Shown: positions 8,683-18,900 of the stretch, piece by piece
Position numbering within the stretch: position 1 is the stretch's first letter
Layout: the number at the start of each line of letters is the position of its first letter
NCBI GenBank assembly: GCA_036338695.1
Contig: JAYZBQ010000088.1
Span: 1 to 53,496 of the forward strand
Reading direction: 5' to 3'
From: Myxococcota bacterium
GTDB lineage: Bacteria; Myxococcota; UBA4151
DNA length: 53,496 nt
Notes under the pieces: model-generated
Told to the model about the DNA's origin: nothing
Databases searched by the model: none
The model's input: only the letters and a program-made list of their open reading frames with translations
Program-made: the position numbers and the translations under genes

Positions 8683-10214
8683 CAGCGGACCTCCTTTTCC
8701 AAGCCGCGCAGGACGAAGCCTGTACGGACCATCGTGATGGGTTCAGCGTCCTCAGCGCTCAGCGCTTGACCGGGCTGCGCCAGCGCGCCCTCAAGGCTGA
8801 GTCGAACCGCATAGCGACGCTGCAGCTTAGCGCTCCAAGTCAGCGCCGCGTTGAGTTCAACCCCGAGATCTGAGGCGCTGTCTCGTCCGAACGCATTGAC
8901 CGGGCGTCCCTGGCGAAAGCTCTGGTAGGGGTCTGCGCTGCCCTGAGGGAGACCGGCGAGCACCGCGCCGGCGTGAAGGCCGATCTGGCGGCTGCGGCTC
9001 CCTAAGCGATAACTGACTCTGGGGTTCAGGTAGGTGGCTCCTGCGACCCGCCCTTGGGTCTTGAGGTGCTCGATCCCACGCTGGGGTTGCCCGACCCGGC
9101 TCAGGTCAGAGGCCTGTTCAACCGAGGTCTCGTGGCTCATCCGCAGCAAGCTGGGGAATAAGATCATCCCGACGCCGAAGTTGTCATCGAAGGTGAAGCG
9201 GTTCAGCGTGGTATCCTCGGGGTTGCGGTCGGCGCTTGCGTAGCCTGCCTCTAACTCGAGAGCGAGGCGGCGGTTCATGGTCTCAAATCCGGCGACCAGC
9301 GCGCCACCGAGCGCGCTCAGGTCCATGGTATCTTGTCCTGCTGCGACGGCGGCTTCGCTGAGCGAGCGGTCGGTGCGTCCGGTGAGGTAGGCGACCTCAG
9401 CTGCGAGGCGGAGACGGTCGCTGGCGCCCACGGGGAGCTCCCACTCGCCGGCGGTATCGATCAGGCTCACCTCGAGGATGCTGTCATCGGCGTCGCGCTG
9501 CCGGCGATACGCTCCGTAGACCCCAAACCAGGCGGTTTTCGACGGTTGGTAACGCAGGACCATGACCGCCTGCTGTGCGCGGTCACCGCTGGCGAACTCG
9601 GCGTTTTCATCCTGCCAGACGAAGCCTCCGCTCAAGCCCGCCGTCACATGACCCATCTTCGCCGCGTAGGTCAGCCCTGCGGTGCGATCTGAGGGCGTCT
9701 CGAAGTGAAAGTGGTGCGTCAGCGTGGTGTACGCAGAGCGCCCGCCAGCGACCAAGCCGAGCCCCCATTGTGCGCTGCGCGCGCCGAACCGCCACAACCC
9801 AACCGGGGAGAGGTATTCGACATAGGCTTGATGCAGGTCGATGGGCGTCACCAGCGCTTGCTCGGCGTCGCTGCTTGAGACACCGTCATAGGCGTACACG
9901 GACAGCGACAGGTCTGCGTTGAGGCGCTCTGACACATAGCGCGCGCCGCTCAAGAAGCGCTGTCGAAAGGCGCTGCGTTCGGTGCGTACGCCGGGGGCGC
10001 TCACCACGCCGGAGTCGACCTCGTAGGCGCCCGACCAGGACCCAGGGAAAGACCAAAAGGCTTTTTGTGTGGCCTGCTTTGGGGGAGTCGCCTGCTGCGT
10101 GGCGGCGGCGAGGTTGGGGACGGTCTTCGTCGCCGGTCCGACGCGAGCCTCGGTGGACTCATCAGCGAAGGATGTGGCGCTGCCGAGCAGCGAGGTGATG
10201 ACGAGCAGGCGCAT
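8682..10214 (-). CDS. Putative outer-membrane beta-barrel protein (alginate-export/porin-like)
   Basis: Sec signal peptide, many alternating amphipathic strands, LHQAYVEY, QWGLGL, ELEAGYASAD and DLGVELNAALTW motifs. Its stop overlaps the lipase ATG by 1 nt. Confidence 0.65.
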   Translation of the reverse strand: MRLLVITSLLGSATSFADESTEARVGPATKTVPNLAAATQQATPPKQATQKAFWSFPGSWSGAYEVDSGVVSAPGVRTERSAFRQRFLSGARYVSERLNADLSLSVYAYDGVSSSDAEQALVTPIDLHQAYVEYLSPVGLWRFGARSAQWGLGLVAGGRSAYTTLTHHFHFETPSDRTAGLTYAAKMGHVTAGLSGGFVWQDENAEFASGDRAQQAVMVLRYQPSKTAWFGVYGAYRRQRDADDSILEVSLIDTAGEWELPVGASDRLRLAAEVAYLTGRTDRSLSEAAVAAGQDTMDLSALGGALVAGFETMNRRLALELEAGYASADRNPEDTTLNRFTFDDNFGVGMILFPSLLRMSHETSVEQASDLSRVGQPQRGIEHLKTQGRVAGATYLNPRVSYRLGSRSRQIGLHAGAVLAGLPQGSADPYQSFRQGRPVNAFGRDSASDLGVELNAALTWSAKLQRRYAVRLSLEGALAQPGQALSAEDAEPITMVRTGFVLRGLEKEVR

Positions 10215-10317
10215 GAGACTCTCCGTGGTCAGCGCCCGCCCCTAACGCTGTCCGCGTCGATTTTCACCATCTTTTGATGCTGTCGCTACGAGCTCGTCGG
10301 TTTTCGAGCAGGGCGCG

Positions 10318-10857
10318 CTAGCGAAAAACCTGCGCCCGGTAATAGCCGAGCTCGGCGACCGAGGCGCGGATGTCGTCCATGGCGCGGTGGGCGTCTGACT
10401 TTTTCCACGGCTCGACCTCGGGGTACCAACGTCGTACCATCTCTTTGAAGCTGGTGACGTCCACCTGCCGGTAATGAAGGAACGCATCGAGCTCGGTCAT
10501 GTAGGTGCGGATAAAGCGACGATCCTGTCCGATCGAATTACCGGCGAGCGGCGCGGTGCCCGGGTCCACCCATTCGGCCAAGAAGGCGAGCGTCTCACGC
10601 TCTGCCTGCGCCAAGCTGACCTGGCTCTCGCGCACCCGCTGGGTGAGTCCTGATGAGCCGTGCTGCCGGACGCACCAGGCGTCCATTTTGTCGAGTTCGC
10701 TGTCGGGTTGATGCACCACGAGGCTTGGCCCCTCGGCGAGGACATTGAGGTCACCGTCGGTCACGAGCGTTGCGATTTCGATAATCACATTGATCGAGGG
10801 GTCGAGGCCTGTCATCTCCAGATCGATCCAGACCAGGCGGTTGGCGCGCTCGCTCAC
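10318..10857 (-). CDS. orn: Oligoribonuclease
   Basis: [20 protein letters not shown] and HRAMDDI DEDDh motifs; GTG start after AAGGAG. Confidence 0.95.
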   Translation of the reverse strand: MSERANRLVWIDLEMTGLDPSINVIIEIATLVTDGDLNVLAEGPSLVVHQPDSELDKMDAWCVRQHGSSGLTQRVRESQVSLAQAERETLAFLAEWVDPGTAPLAGNSIGQDRRFIRTYMTELDAFLHYRQVDVTSFKEMVRRWYPEVEPWKKSDAHRAMDDIRASVAELGYYRAQVFR

Positions 10858-10960
10858 GGCTTGCTCCTTCGTGCTAAGGCAGTAGTTGGAGTTCGACGCC
10901 GTTGCAACAGCGCTTCGGTGTACGGCGCGCAATAAAGTGATGGTCGGCGAGGAGCATGAT

Positions 10961-12454
10961 GTGAACCCTTCCCATGTTATCGAGCGGAATCAGAGCCTTC
11001 TTTCGGGGTGTGAGCCACAGGTGGTGTGGAGGCACTTCGGCGAGCTGGCGGCGCGCCCGCGCCCAAGCGGTGAAGAAGAGGCGGTGCGCACCTACATCGT
11101 AGGCTGGGCGGAGGATCATGGGCTCAAGTGTTATCGCGACGACATCGGTAATCTGATCGTCAAGGTGCCCGGTCGCGGTCGCGGCGTCGACGCAGAGACG
11201 GTGATCATCCAAGGGCACCTCGACATGGTCACGGAGAAGAATTCGGACTCCGACCATTGCTTTGAGACCGACCCGATCGCCTTGCGCCTCGATGGGGACC
11301 GGCTCTTGGCGTCCGGGACGACGCTCGGCGCAGATAACGGCGTCGGTGTGGCGATTGCGCTCGCAGCCGGCGAAGGTCTCTTTGCGGATCACCCCCCACT
11401 CGAGCTGCTCTTTACCATCGATGAAGAGACCGGGATGAGCGGCGCGCGCGAGCTCGACGGCCGGTATCTTTCGGGCAAGCGGTTGATCAACTTAGACGCT
11501 GAAGAAGAGGGCATCTTATACGTTGGCTGTGCTGGCGGCGCGGACAGCGTCGTCACGGGCGCGTTGGCTCGAGAGCCGGCGCGCGCCGGGGAGCTGACCG
11601 TCGAGATCCGCGTGCGTGGGCTCAAAGGGGGGCACTCCGGGCTGGATATTCAGCGCAACCGCGGCAACGCAATTCGGCTGTTGAGCCGAGTGTTGTTGCG
11701 CCTCGAGCGAGACGGTGTCGCTTGGCGATTGGTCGAGCTTCAAGGTGGCTCGAAGCGAAACGCCATCCCCCGTGAGGCGACCGCTCGTCTGCGCGTGCGC
11801 GGTGAGATGGCGGCGCGGGTGCCGGGCCTGTTGACCCGTTATCTCGGTGAGCTCAAGCGCCTTCACACCGACTCGGAAGGCGACTGGTCCCTGGAGTTTG
11901 AGGTGGACGCCTCGGATCAGTCTGAGACGGTCGATGCGGACACGTCGCGGCGGTTGATCAGCCTGCTCTACACGGCGCCGAACGGGGTGTTGACCATGAG
12001 CTCGGCGATTCCTGGGCTTGTGGAGAGCAGCTGCAACCTCGGTGTGGTGACGATGAGCGCGTCGAGCGTCGAGGTGATCTTGTGCTCTCGCTCGTCCAAC
12101 GATGCGGCGCTCGAGCTGATCCCTGACCAGATCGCCGCGCTGAGCCATGCCTTTGGCTTTGTGGCGCGCAAACAGGCGTCTTATCCGGGGTGGCAGCCGG
12201 ACATGAGCTCGACCATGCTCGACGTCTCACGCGAGGTTTTTGAACAGCTCCATGACCAGCCGCCTGAGGTGACCGCGATCCACGCAGGGCTGGAGTGCGG
12301 ACTGCTCAAAAAGATCCTGCCTGACTGCGATATGATCAGCTTCGGGCCCGACATCAACCACGCGCACAGCCCCGATGAAGAGGTCTCGGTGCCGTCTGTG
12401 GGGGTTGTCGTCGGTCAGGTGGAGGCGCTGCTCCTGGCGCTGTGCACGCGCTGA
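10961..12454 (+). CDS. pepD: Aminoacyl-histidine dipeptidase (peptidase D, M20C)
   Basis: [33 protein letters not shown] and HSPDE motifs; GTG 10961 after GAGGAG. Confidence 0.92.
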   Translation: MNPSHVIERNQSLLSGCEPQVVWRHFGELAARPRPSGEEEAVRTYIVGWAEDHGLKCYRDDIGNLIVKVPGRGRGVDAETVIIQGHLDMVTEKNSDSDHCFETDPIALRLDGDRLLASGTTLGADNGVGVAIALAAGEGLFADHPPLELLFTIDEETGMSGARELDGRYLSGKRLINLDAEEEGILYVGCAGGADSVVTGALAREPARAGELTVEIRVRGLKGGHSGLDIQRNRGNAIRLLSRVLLRLERDGVAWRLVELQGGSKRNAIPREATARLRVRGEMAARVPGLLTRYLGELKRLHTDSEGDWSLEFEVDASDQSETVDADTSRRLISLLYTAPNGVLTMSSAIPGLVESSCNLGVVTMSASSVEVILCSRSSNDAALELIPDQIAALSHAFGFVARKQASYPGWQPDMSSTMLDVSREVFEQLHDQPPEVTAIHAGLECGLLKKILPDCDMISFGPDINHAHSPDEEVSVPSVGVVVGQVEALLLALCTR

Positions 12455-13308
12455 TGTCGACCGCGAGACCACGCCGCATGGTCGTGACGGGCTGCTCCTC
12501 GGGGTTTGGGCTGGTTATCGCCAAGGAGGCGCTGCGGCGCGGCTGGGAGGTCTTTGGGACCGTACGCAAACCAGCCGATGGGGAGGCGCTTCAAGCCGCT
12601 GGAGGCACGGTCGGGCTGCTCGACTTGACCGACGAGGCGTCGTGTCAGCGCTGCGCTGAGGCGATCGCAGCTTGGTGTGAGGGTGCGTTAGATTGCGTCG
12701 TGCACAACGCAGGGACGGCCTATCCTGCGCCGATGGTCGGCGCCGACCGCGAGGACTTGAGGCAGCAGTTTGAGGTCAACACCTTTGGCCAGCTCGACTT
12801 CAACGGGCGCTTGATCGCCCCCTTGCTGGCGGCTCAAGGGATGAGCCTCTTCATCTCGTCGATCTCATCCCAGATGCCGACGGCGTTACTCGGCGCCTAC
12901 GCCGCATCGAAGCGGGCCCTTGAGGCGATGGCAGAGTCCCTCTCCATGGAGATGGGGCCGCTTGGCTTGACCGTACACGTGGTGCGCCCGGGCAGCTACA
13001 AGACGGCGATCTGGGGGACCTCGGTGCCTCGGGGGGATAAGTACCTCGAGACGGATCGGCAGCTGCCGGAAGCGGTCGAGCGACACTACAAACGCCTCGG
13101 TCGCAAGATACGACGCGTCGCGACCGAGCAGCCGCTGGCTGACCCTGACCAGTTTGGGCGCTATGTGCTCGCCATCGCTGAGGGCGGTCGCCGGCGTCGG
13201 TTTTATCACGTAACGCCGGCGCTGGCGAAGGCGCAGCAGCTGTTCTCGTGGCTTCTTCCCACGCGCGCCTTTCACCGCCTCATCCGGATGATTTTGGGGC
13301 GTTCCTGA
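12454..13308 (+). CDS. Short-chain dehydrogenase/reductase (SDR)
   Basis: TGCSSGFG, NAG and YAASK motifs; TGATG overlap with pepD. Confidence 0.9.
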   Translation: MSTARPRRMVVTGCSSGFGLVIAKEALRRGWEVFGTVRKPADGEALQAAGGTVGLLDLTDEASCQRCAEAIAAWCEGALDCVVHNAGTAYPAPMVGADREDLRQQFEVNTFGQLDFNGRLIAPLLAAQGMSLFISSISSQMPTALLGAYAASKRALEAMAESLSMEMGPLGLTVHVVRPGSYKTAIWGTSVPRGDKYLETDRQLPEAVERHYKRLGRKIRRVATEQPLADPDQFGRYVLAIAEGGRRRRFYHVTPALAKAQQLFSWLLPTRAFHRLIRMILGRS

Positions 13309-13327
13309 GCGGCGATCGGGAGCGTGC

Positions 13328-13360
13328 TTGACAAGGGCAGCGTGCGCGCTGACACGCTGC
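13328..13360 (+). promoter_or_regulatory. Candidate gcvT promoter/operator: TTGACA plus an 8-bp inverted repeat
   Basis: Perfect TTGACA at 13328-13333; GCAGCGTG (13337-13344) N8 CACGCTGC (13353-13360). The -10 is poor. Confidence 0.35.
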
Positions 13361-13382
13361 GCTCGATGGAGAGTCGATCACA

Positions 13383-14465
13383 ATGACGGAACAACGAAAA
13401 ACGCCGCTGTATGCGGAGCATGTGGCGCTTGGCGCTCGGATGGTGGACTTTGGTGGGTGGGACATGCCCGTGCAATACACCGGCGCAACCGCCGAGCACG
13501 AAGCGGTTCGTTCGGCCAGCGGTATGTTCGACGTCAGCCACATGGGTGAGGTCTGGCTGCGGGGGGAAACGGCGGTCGCTGATGCGGACCGATTGGTCAC
13601 CAACTCGGTCGCGTCCCTCCCGGATGGTAAGGCCTGTTACGCCGGCTTGCTCAATGAGGAAGGCGGGTTTCTTGATGACCTGATCGTATACCGTTTCTCG
13701 GCGGACGAGCTGCTCATCTGCCTCAACGCCTCCAACGCGCAGCGTGACATCGACTGGATCCGGCGCCACGCCAGCGCAACGACTCAGGTGGTCGACGCCT
13801 GCGATGATTTTGCTCAGATCGCCGTGCAAGGTCCCGACGCCGTCGCCCTCGTCGACGGGCTGTCCCAGGATGACCTGTCCGAGCTTGAGCCGTTCATGAT
13901 GCGCCGCTGCGCAGTCGCTGGCGTGGACGGCGTGATCGCCGCCCGAACGGGCTATACGGGTGAGGACGGCTTTGAACTCTACATCCCGGCAGCGCATGCC
14001 GTGAGCCTCTGGCGGGCGCTGCACGAACTGGGCGTGACGCCCTGCGGCCTGGGCGCTCGAGATAGCCTGCGCCTCGAGATGAAGTACGCCCTTTACGGCA
14101 ACGACATCGACGAGCAGGTCAACCCGATCGAGGCCGGACTCGGCTGGATCTGCAAAGACAAAGTCAAAGAGTTTATCGGTGCCGAGGCCGTGCGCGCAGC
14201 GCGCCGAGACAAGCCGCAGCGCAAGTTGGTCGGGCTGGTGCTGGACGGGCGCCGCGTCGCACGCACGGGATCGCCCGTCGTCGGTCCAGACGGACAGGTG
14301 ATCGGGCGCGTCACCTCAGGTGCCTTTTCACCGAGCCTTAAGAAGAGTATCGCCGTGGCGCTGGTGCCGCGAGAATTTGCTCCCATTGAGACATCATTAG
14401 GGGTTGATATTCGTGGCAGAGTGCATCAGGCAGAGGTGGTTAAAACCCCATTTTATAAGCGCTAA
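13383..14465 (+). CDS. gcvT: Glycine cleavage system aminomethyltransferase T
   Basis: RKTPLY, FGGWDMPVQY, FDVSHMG, RTGYTGEDGFE and GLGARDSLRLE motifs. Confidence 0.97.
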   Translation: MTEQRKTPLYAEHVALGARMVDFGGWDMPVQYTGATAEHEAVRSASGMFDVSHMGEVWLRGETAVADADRLVTNSVASLPDGKACYAGLLNEEGGFLDDLIVYRFSADELLICLNASNAQRDIDWIRRHASATTQVVDACDDFAQIAVQGPDAVALVDGLSQDDLSELEPFMMRRCAVAGVDGVIAARTGYTGEDGFELYIPAAHAVSLWRALHELGVTPCGLGARDSLRLEMKYALYGNDIDEQVNPIEAGLGWICKDKVKEFIGAEAVRAARRDKPQRKLVGLVLDGRRVARTGSPVVGPDGQVIGRVTSGAFSPSLKKSIAVALVPREFAPIETSLGVDIRGRVHQAEVVKTPFYKR

Positions 14466-14480
14466 CGCGGAGCAAGCGCC

Positions 14481-14867
14481 ATGAGCAAAATCCCGGAAGA
14501 ACTTCTGTACAGCAGCGAGCATGAGTGGGCTCTTGAAAAAGACGGTGTCGTCACCGTCGGGATCACGGATCACGCGCAGACCCAGCTGGGGGATATCACC
14601 TACGTCGAGCTCCCTGAGGTGGGTACGGAGTACGAGAAGGGCGACGACTTTGGTGAGATCGAGTCGAACAAGTCGGTCAGCCAGCTGTACGCGCCGATCT
14701 CGGGTGAGATCGTCGAGATCAACGAAGACCTCGACGACAACCCTGAGGTGATCAACGATGACCCTTACGGCGAAGGCTGGATGGTCAAGATCCGCTTGAG
14801 CGTACCCGATCAACTCGCCGAGTTGATGAACTCGGACGTCTACGCCGAGCACTGCGCCTCCGAATAA
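14481..14867 (+). CDS. gcvH: Glycine cleavage system H protein
   Basis: YSSEHEW, VGITDHAQTQLGD, lipoyl-Lys in IESNKSVSQLYAPISG, and INDDPYGEGW. Confidence 0.96.
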   Translation: MSKIPEELLYSSEHEWALEKDGVVTVGITDHAQTQLGDITYVELPEVGTEYEKGDDFGEIESNKSVSQLYAPISGEIVEINEDLDDNPEVINDDPYGEGWMVKIRLSVPDQLAELMNSDVYAEHCASE

Positions 14868-14979
14868 GCGCCACCCGTTGAGCCGTGGGCGCTTGGGGCT
14901 CGTGTTTTCTTAGCGAAGGGCTGCGTCGGGCGCCTGGGTGTGCTAGGAGGGCTCAGCACAGACAGGGAGCGCCTCCACT

Positions 14980-15918
14980 TTGCCGTCTGCCCTCATGGTC
15001 GTCAGCGTTTTACTCGCCTCCTCCGGGGGCGCTGCGGCAAAGTTTGCCGGGAGCTCGGTGACCTTGCGTCACACCACGAACGCCAGGGGGTTGGACGCCA
15101 GCGCGGACCTGACATGGAACCCATACGCTGCGGCGGTCCTCAGCCTCTCACCGGTGTATTCGGTCGCGCCGAAGCTGACCGTGTCGGCTAATTGGGACCT
15201 TGAGGCTGAGTACACTCAGCGAGACGCAGAGGCGCGCGCTCTCTCGTATGGTGACCCCTCGCTGACCTTGGCGCATGGTGAGGTGTATCGGCATCGCATC
15301 ACCGGCGTCACCTTGTCGGCGAGCAGCACGCTGCGCGCCGGGGTCTCGCCTTCAAGCCGCGCCAAGACGCGCTATGGAGCGCTTACGGTCGGGCTCGGCG
15401 CCTCGAAGGCGTTCAAGTGGCGTCAGGGAGCCTCGGTCAGTGTCGGGCTTTCGGCGACCGGCTACAGCCACGGCGCACGCTACGGGAGCCCGTCGCTCAG
15501 TCTGTACTCCAGCTGTCGAGGTGCGGTGTCGGTGACAAGCGCCGCAGGCGCTTGTGCCGAAGACTTGGTCATCAACAGCGGCTCAGCGAACGCCTACGGC
15601 GGCGTCACCTCGTCGCTGACGGGCAGTCTCAAGCTGCCCATGAAGATGAGCGTTCGCGCGCGCCTCGGCGGGACCTGGATCGGCACGTATGCGCACGACC
15701 TCGAGGATGAGCGCATCTCCTTTGCCGGCCCGCCGGGTACCTCGCTGCGGGCGTTGCTCTTCTCGGATCTGCGCGTCGGGTATGCGCCCAAGAAGCAGCT
15801 GGCGCTCGCGCTTGGGATGCAGACAGCGCATCCCCAGCTGGGCGCAAACGGGACCTACCGAACCCCTTTTATTAACCGCTATTCAAACCTCTACCTCGAC
15901 GTGACCGCACGCTATTGA
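14980..15918 (+). CDS. Putative outer-membrane beta-barrel protein
   Basis: Signal peptide, Ser/Thr/Gly-rich amphipathic strands, and C-terminal LYLDVTARY matching a BAM beta-signal pattern. Start is TTG 14980 or ATG 14995. Confidence 0.65.
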   Translation: MPSALMVVSVLLASSGGAAAKFAGSSVTLRHTTNARGLDASADLTWNPYAAAVLSLSPVYSVAPKLTVSANWDLEAEYTQRDAEARALSYGDPSLTLAHGEVYRHRITGVTLSASSTLRAGVSPSSRAKTRYGALTVGLGASKAFKWRQGASVSVGLSATGYSHGARYGSPSLSLYSSCRGAVSVTSAAGACAEDLVINSGSANAYGGVTSSLTGSLKLPMKMSVRARLGGTWIGTYAHDLEDERISFAGPPGTSLRALLFSDLRVGYAPKKQLALALGMQTAHPQLGANGTYRTPFINRYSNLYLDVTARY

Positions 15919-15929
15919 TCGGAGTGATC

Positions 15930-18900
15930 ATGAAACGCCTTCTTCCCCTCCTGACCGCTGGATTGATCGCCTCGTGTGCTCAAGAGCAAGAGCCGATCAA
16001 CCGGGTGCAGCCGAACTATGTTAAAAAGTCGGACTTCTCAGGTCTTTGGTACTACGGTCGGACCATCGTGGATGTGCCCGCTGCGGACGGCTTTACCTTT
16101 GTAGGTGATGGTAGCTGGACCTTGAAGAAGGTCCGCTTCGACATCCAAGAAAACGTCCTGTATATTCGGCGGATGACCGAATTCTTGAAAGACGGTGATG
16201 ACCTCGTCCGGAGCGCCCAAGGCGCTGCCTGCACACAAGACTCGGACTGCGCAACCGGTACCTGCATGACAAACACCGGTCGTTGTGAGGTGCTCCCTTA
16301 TGAAGGCGAGGTCGTAGGCGCCTTTCGAATCCTCAAACACTTCGACATTGCTCAGCCTTACAACGCCGCCACGGGCGAAAAACTCAACATCTTGAGCGAG
16401 AACGCCATCGATCGCCCCTGGAACGAGCGCGAGTACATGCGCGTCGACTGGTCGCGCAACCAAGTCGTGATGGCGGACGACGGGTTCGACGTTCAGCGTA
16501 CCGAGCCGATCAACTACTTTGTTCAAGACCCCAAACATCCCGACGCGCCGAAGTTCGTCGAGAAGGATGAGCAGCTCGACTACTTTGACGTGACCACACG
16601 GTTCTTCGCCTCCGCCGGAACCATCGACCACCCGAGCTACGGGAAGATTCCGCTGTGCTGGTTTTATGACCATCAGTTCCAAGAGTGCGGCCCGGGCGAG
16701 TACACGCTCCGCAACAGCTTCATGCGGATTAAGCCAGGCAGCCAGTACGAGCCGCGGTCCTATAAGGGCACCGAGAGTGAACTCTTCGGGTATTTTGAGA
16801 CGGAGCGTCTCGTGTACGACCGGCAGGAAGGCATCCGTCATCAGAACAAAGAGCAACTGATCAACCGCCACAACATCTGGGAGAAGACGGTCGATGAAAA
16901 CACGGGCGATCCGATCCCTTACGGTGACCGAACCGGCAAGCCGCTCGTGTACCACGTCAACCCCGGCTGGCCGGATGAGGCGACGGACCCTGTGCTGAAC
17001 GCCGCAGCGCGCTCGGTGGCTGATCAATGGAACACGGTCTTTAGCGACATGGTCACGCAGCTCGGCGCAAGCCTTCCCGCCGGCGGTCGCATGTTTGTTC
17101 TGTGCCCGAATAATCCGACCCGTGCGGGAGACCCGGCGGAGTGTGGTGGTGAAGGTTACTTCGCCCGCCTCGGCGATATCCGCCACAGCTTCATGGCGTA
17201 CCTGCCTGACTACATGACCTACGGCCTCCTGGGGCTTGGACCGTCCAACACCGACCCGGAGACGGGCGAGATCATCTCGGGGATGGCGTACGTCTATCAT
17301 CACAACGACACCGCCGCTTGGGACGTGGCTGAGATGATCGAGCTGCTCTCGGGCGCTCGGGACCCGAACACCTTCATCAACGGCACCAACCTTGAGGACT
17401 GGGTCGAGCGCTTCAACGACAACCGCCGCACGCGCTTTAGCTCGCGGTTCGGTGTCGACGACGCAGCGCATATGATCGACAAGATCGTGGACTCGCCGGC
17501 GGCGCGTGCGCTCGATGCGCGACGGCGTCCGCCGTCGGAGGAAGACGAAGAGGACCAACGACGGCGCGGCTTTAAGGCGTGGCTCGCTGATCAGATGCCG
17601 ACCTTCGTGGACGCCGGGTTGATCCGGCGCAAGAACGGCGCCGCTCGTGCGCGGCTTAACTCCTTGGTCGGGACGCCGGTGGAAGGCATGCTGATGCAGC
17701 CGGATAACTACCTGGGCATGGGCTACGGCCCGGAGCATGAGCTCGATGATCAGGCGCTCGATCGTGCCTCCGTGCTGCGCAACGGGTTCGGCGCAGAGCT
17801 CGCTCACCGTGAGAAGATGTTCGAGGAGTGGGCGGCGAGCCGGAACATGTACACCCGTGGCATGGCGGACGACGCGCTGATGGGCTTGGCGCGTGAGTAC
17901 GCGGACGCGAACATGACCATCTACGAGATCTATGACGCGGTCCGGACGCGCATCTACACCGCCGTGCTGGCTCACGAGGTGGGTCACTCGATCGGCTTGA
18001 TGCACAACTTTGGCGCGTCGGACGATGCGCTCAACTACTTCCCCGAGTATTGGGAGATCCGATCGCAAGATGGGACGGTTGGTCCTCGCGTGGGCGCCAA
18101 CGCCGACGAGATCACCGACTATGAGATCAACAACAACCTCTACAACTACGCCTACACCTCGGTCATGGATTACGCAGGGACGTACACGGTCGATGGGACG
18201 GGCTTGGGTAGCTACGACAAAGCGGCGATTTTCTGGGGCTACGGCAACATGGTCGAGGTCTACGATGACCACGGCGACGTCGAGCCGAGCACCCTGCTCG
18301 ATTGGTGGCAAGACCAGGGCGACGTGATGACCTGGGCAAACTCCGGTCCGACCTTTTATCACTACACCAACTTCTGGGACGAGATGGGGGACAAGATGTA
18401 TCGCCCAGACAACCGTATCTGGGTGGACGCGGAGGACCTCGTGCCGGAGACGGAGGCAGGGCGGCGCAACGCGAACTACAGCCGCGTGCTGCGAGGGCAA
18501 CACGCGGGCAAGCTAAGGATCCCGTACATCTACTGCTCCCACGGCCGGAGCGACCTTGGGGACTCCTGCCTGACGCGTGACTCGGGCGCTGACCCGGCGG
18601 AGCGACTCAAGAACATCCTCGACAAGCTCGACACCTGGTACATCACCAAGAACTTCCCGCGCGGGAAGGTAAGCTCACGCTACTACTGGTGGAACTATGT
18701 GCCGCGCTATTATCGCCGCACGTACGACCGGATCAAGCAATGGCATGACGTCTATGGCCTCTACAAAGGCTTCCTTCCGCTCTACTACGATGCCGATCAG
18801 CTTCGCACCTTCTTCTCGGACGCCAAGAACGGCTGGGGTACGCACACCTGGGGGGTTCAGGCGGGTTTCAACCACCTCGTCAAAACCATCTTGATGCCCG

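Noticed and set aside
10215..10317. Short stems and A-tracts between orn and the barrel gene
   Set aside because: Stems are only 4-5 bp and match no RNA family I can recognise.
14660..14690. GcvH lipoyl motif reads ESNK rather than the common ESVK
   Set aside because: The lipoyl Lys and flanking residues are retained; likely ordinary variation.
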